A stretch of 36,362 nucleotides of DNA from positions 61,588-97,949 of the forward strand of contig MHFM01000009.1 of NCBI GenBank assembly GCA_001804205.1, given 5' to 3'. Position numbers and translations under genes: made by a program. Position 1 is the first letter of the stretch, and each line of letters starts with the position of its first letter. The notes beneath the pieces were generated by a model. That model ran no database searches. It saw only the letters and a list, made by a program, of their open reading frames with translations, and was not told the DNA's origin. Below, piece after piece: positions 35,005 to 36,362 of this stretch. The DNA is from Omnitrophica bacterium RIFCSPLOWO2_01_FULL_45_10b. GTDB lineage: Bacteria; Omnitrophota; Omnitrophia; Omnitrophales; Danuiimicrobiaceae.

Positions 35005-36362
35005 GCTTTTAGCAGAGTTTGAAAATCGCGGTGTCCGCTATTGCATTCTTCACGGATGGCAATCGTTGCCCGACCACTTGCCGTCGGATTTGGATATTGT
35101 GGTTCACCCAAGTGATTTAAATAAGCTGGAGCGAATTCTGAGAAATTCAGAAAGCATCAAGCTTGTCCAATTGGTTGAGTACAAAACTTCTTGTTATCGC
35201 TTTGATCTGGCCTTTAAGGAAAATGAAGCCACTCGGTTCATTCCGTTAGACACTGCATCAGATTATCGTTGGGATGGCTTTGTATTCTTCGAAGCGGAGG
35301 AACTTTTGGCTGATAGAAAAAAGTGGAATGGGTTCTGGGTCGCAGCGCCGAAAGTTGAATTTGCTTATTTATTGGCAAAGAGAGTTTCGAAAGGAATTCA
35401 ATCGGACCGGCAGAAGATCATTCGGTTGCAAGAGCTATGCAATGCACTTGGTGAAAATGCGTATGTTATTACGCTTCGTTTGTTTGGTGCCTCATTGGGG
35501 GAAAAGGTAATTCGATGGATTACGAATTCAGATTGGGAGAATTTGGAAGCTCATGCGCCTTCATTAAAACAAGCCTTGCATTGGGAAGTAGTAAAACGCG
35601 ATCCTTTAAACCCTGTTTGTTATTGGGCTTCAGAGCTGAAACGGATTTGGCTAAGATTGAAATATCCAACAGGTTTATTTGTTGTAGTTCTGGGTCCGGA
35701 TGCAGCAGGTAAAAGCACATTGATTCAGCACCTTCAAAATAACCTCGCTCCACTTTTCAGGCGGTCGACGGTTTTTCATTTATATCCTAATTTGTTTGAG
35801 GTAAGAAAAGGTCAGGGCCCGGTTACAAATCCGCACGGTAAATCTCTGCGTTCTTGGCTCACCTCGTTGCTTAAAATGTTGTATTATTTGGTAGATTATG
35901 ATTTAGGTTATTTGATTAAAATATGGCTTCAGCTAGTGCGTTCTAACGTAGTATTATTCGACCGTTATTACGATGATCTTCTTGTAGATCCTTGCCGTTA
36001 CCGTTACGGTGGCCCAAAATGGCTGGTTTCTTTTTTTCGTTTCTTTATCCCAAAGCCTGATCTTTTTTTAATCCTTGATGTTCCCGAGGAGCAAATCATA
36101 GCACGGAAACAGGAGGTCTCACATGAGGAAATAAAGCGTCAACGCCAAGCCTATTGCCAGTTAGCATCCGAACTTCCAAATGCTATTTTGTTGGATGGTT
36201 CTCTAAAAGCTGATTTTGTTGCGCAATCTGCTGAAGAAATTATTTTAGATTATATGCAAGAGCGTTATCTTAATCGAAGAAGCAATTATTTTCATCGAAA
36301 CGATTTCGAAACACTCAATTGGCTTGAGACAATCTTGTGTTCTTCCGGAAAAGGGCGTTTTG
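34988..36362 (+). CDS. Long ORF open at the 3' edge (at least 458 codons), absent from the supplied ORF track: N-terminal nucleotidyltransferase-like domain + thymidylate-kinase-like P-loop domain
   Basis: Read codon by codon from ATG 34988 (which overlaps the Wzx stop by 17 nt) to the window end with no stop. N-terminus: GVRYCILHGW...LPSDLDIVVHPSD. P-loop VVVLGPDAAGKST at about codon 233. LFDRYYDD (DRY motif of dTMP-kinase-like folds). Confidence 0.7.
   Translation, partial: MACLRELLAEFENRGVRYCILHGWQSLPDHLPSDLDIVVHPSDLNKLERILRNSESIKLVQLVEYKTSCYRFDLAFKENEATRFIPLDTASDYRWDGFVFFEAEELLADRKKWNGFWVAAPKVEFAYLLAKRVSKGIQSDRQKIIRLQELCNALGENAYVITLRLFGASLGEKVIRWITNSDWENLEAHAPSLKQALHWEVVKRDPLNPVCYWASELKRIWLRLKYPTGLFVVVLGPDAAGKSTLIQHLQNNLAPLFRRSTVFHLYPNLFEVRKGQGPVTNPHGKSLRSWLTSLLKMLYYLVDYDLGYLIKIWLQLVRSNVVLFDRYYDDLLVDPCRYRYGGPKWLVSFFRFFIPKPDLFLILDVPEEQIIARKQEVSHEEIKRQRQAYCQLASELPNAILLDGSLKADFVAQSAEEIILDYMQERYLNRRSNYFHRNDFETLNWLETILCSSGKGRF

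Overview
36.4-kb window in which every supportable gene is on the + strand. The gene content fits an uncultivated diderm bacterium (LpxL-type lipid A acyltransferase, outer-membrane beta-barrels); no finer taxonomic assignment is possible from the sequence alone. Most of it is housekeeping: kinase-like/dCMP deaminase fusion, polyprenyl synthase, rsmI, purN, eno, ftsB-like, lpxL-like, tilS, ftsH, folP, yebC-ruvCAB, cdaA-cdaR, pdxJ, nnrD and a receiver-only response regulator. There are four intact tRNAs: initiator-like Met, a second CAU tRNA, Thr-UGU and Tyr-GUA. Two envelope polysaccharide modules are present. (i) 8253-12757: SDR epimerase/decarboxylase-like, YaiO-like barrel, membrane-anchored HEAT-repeat protein and a processive GT2 synthase. 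(ii) 26016 to the window end: OM barrel, Wza-like, Wzc-like, acidic secreted protein, Wzy/O-antigen-ligase-TPR, Wzx, and a long ORF open at the 3' edge that is missing from the supplied ORF track. The unusual layer is non-coding. The window is full of small non-autonomous palindromic elements, and no transposase or integrase gene is present. (a) GTCAT...ATGAC elements are found between genes and are also read through as protein tails. (b) A CCCGCCACAAA...GGCGGG hairpin module also occurs in frame inside enolase. (c) A ~106-bp MITE with CCCGTTAGAACTC inverted ends sits exactly in ATGA stop/start overlaps (folP|yebC and cdaA|cdaR), and a 312-bp relative sits at the ruvA stop. (d) All three tRNA loci carry displaced tRNA fragments. 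These include an initiator tRNA gene opened by a GIY-YIG ORF plus hairpin blocks, and a pseudo-tRNA whose two halves flank tRNA-Thr. All calls come from reading motifs by eye. No database search, covariance model or folding program was run.
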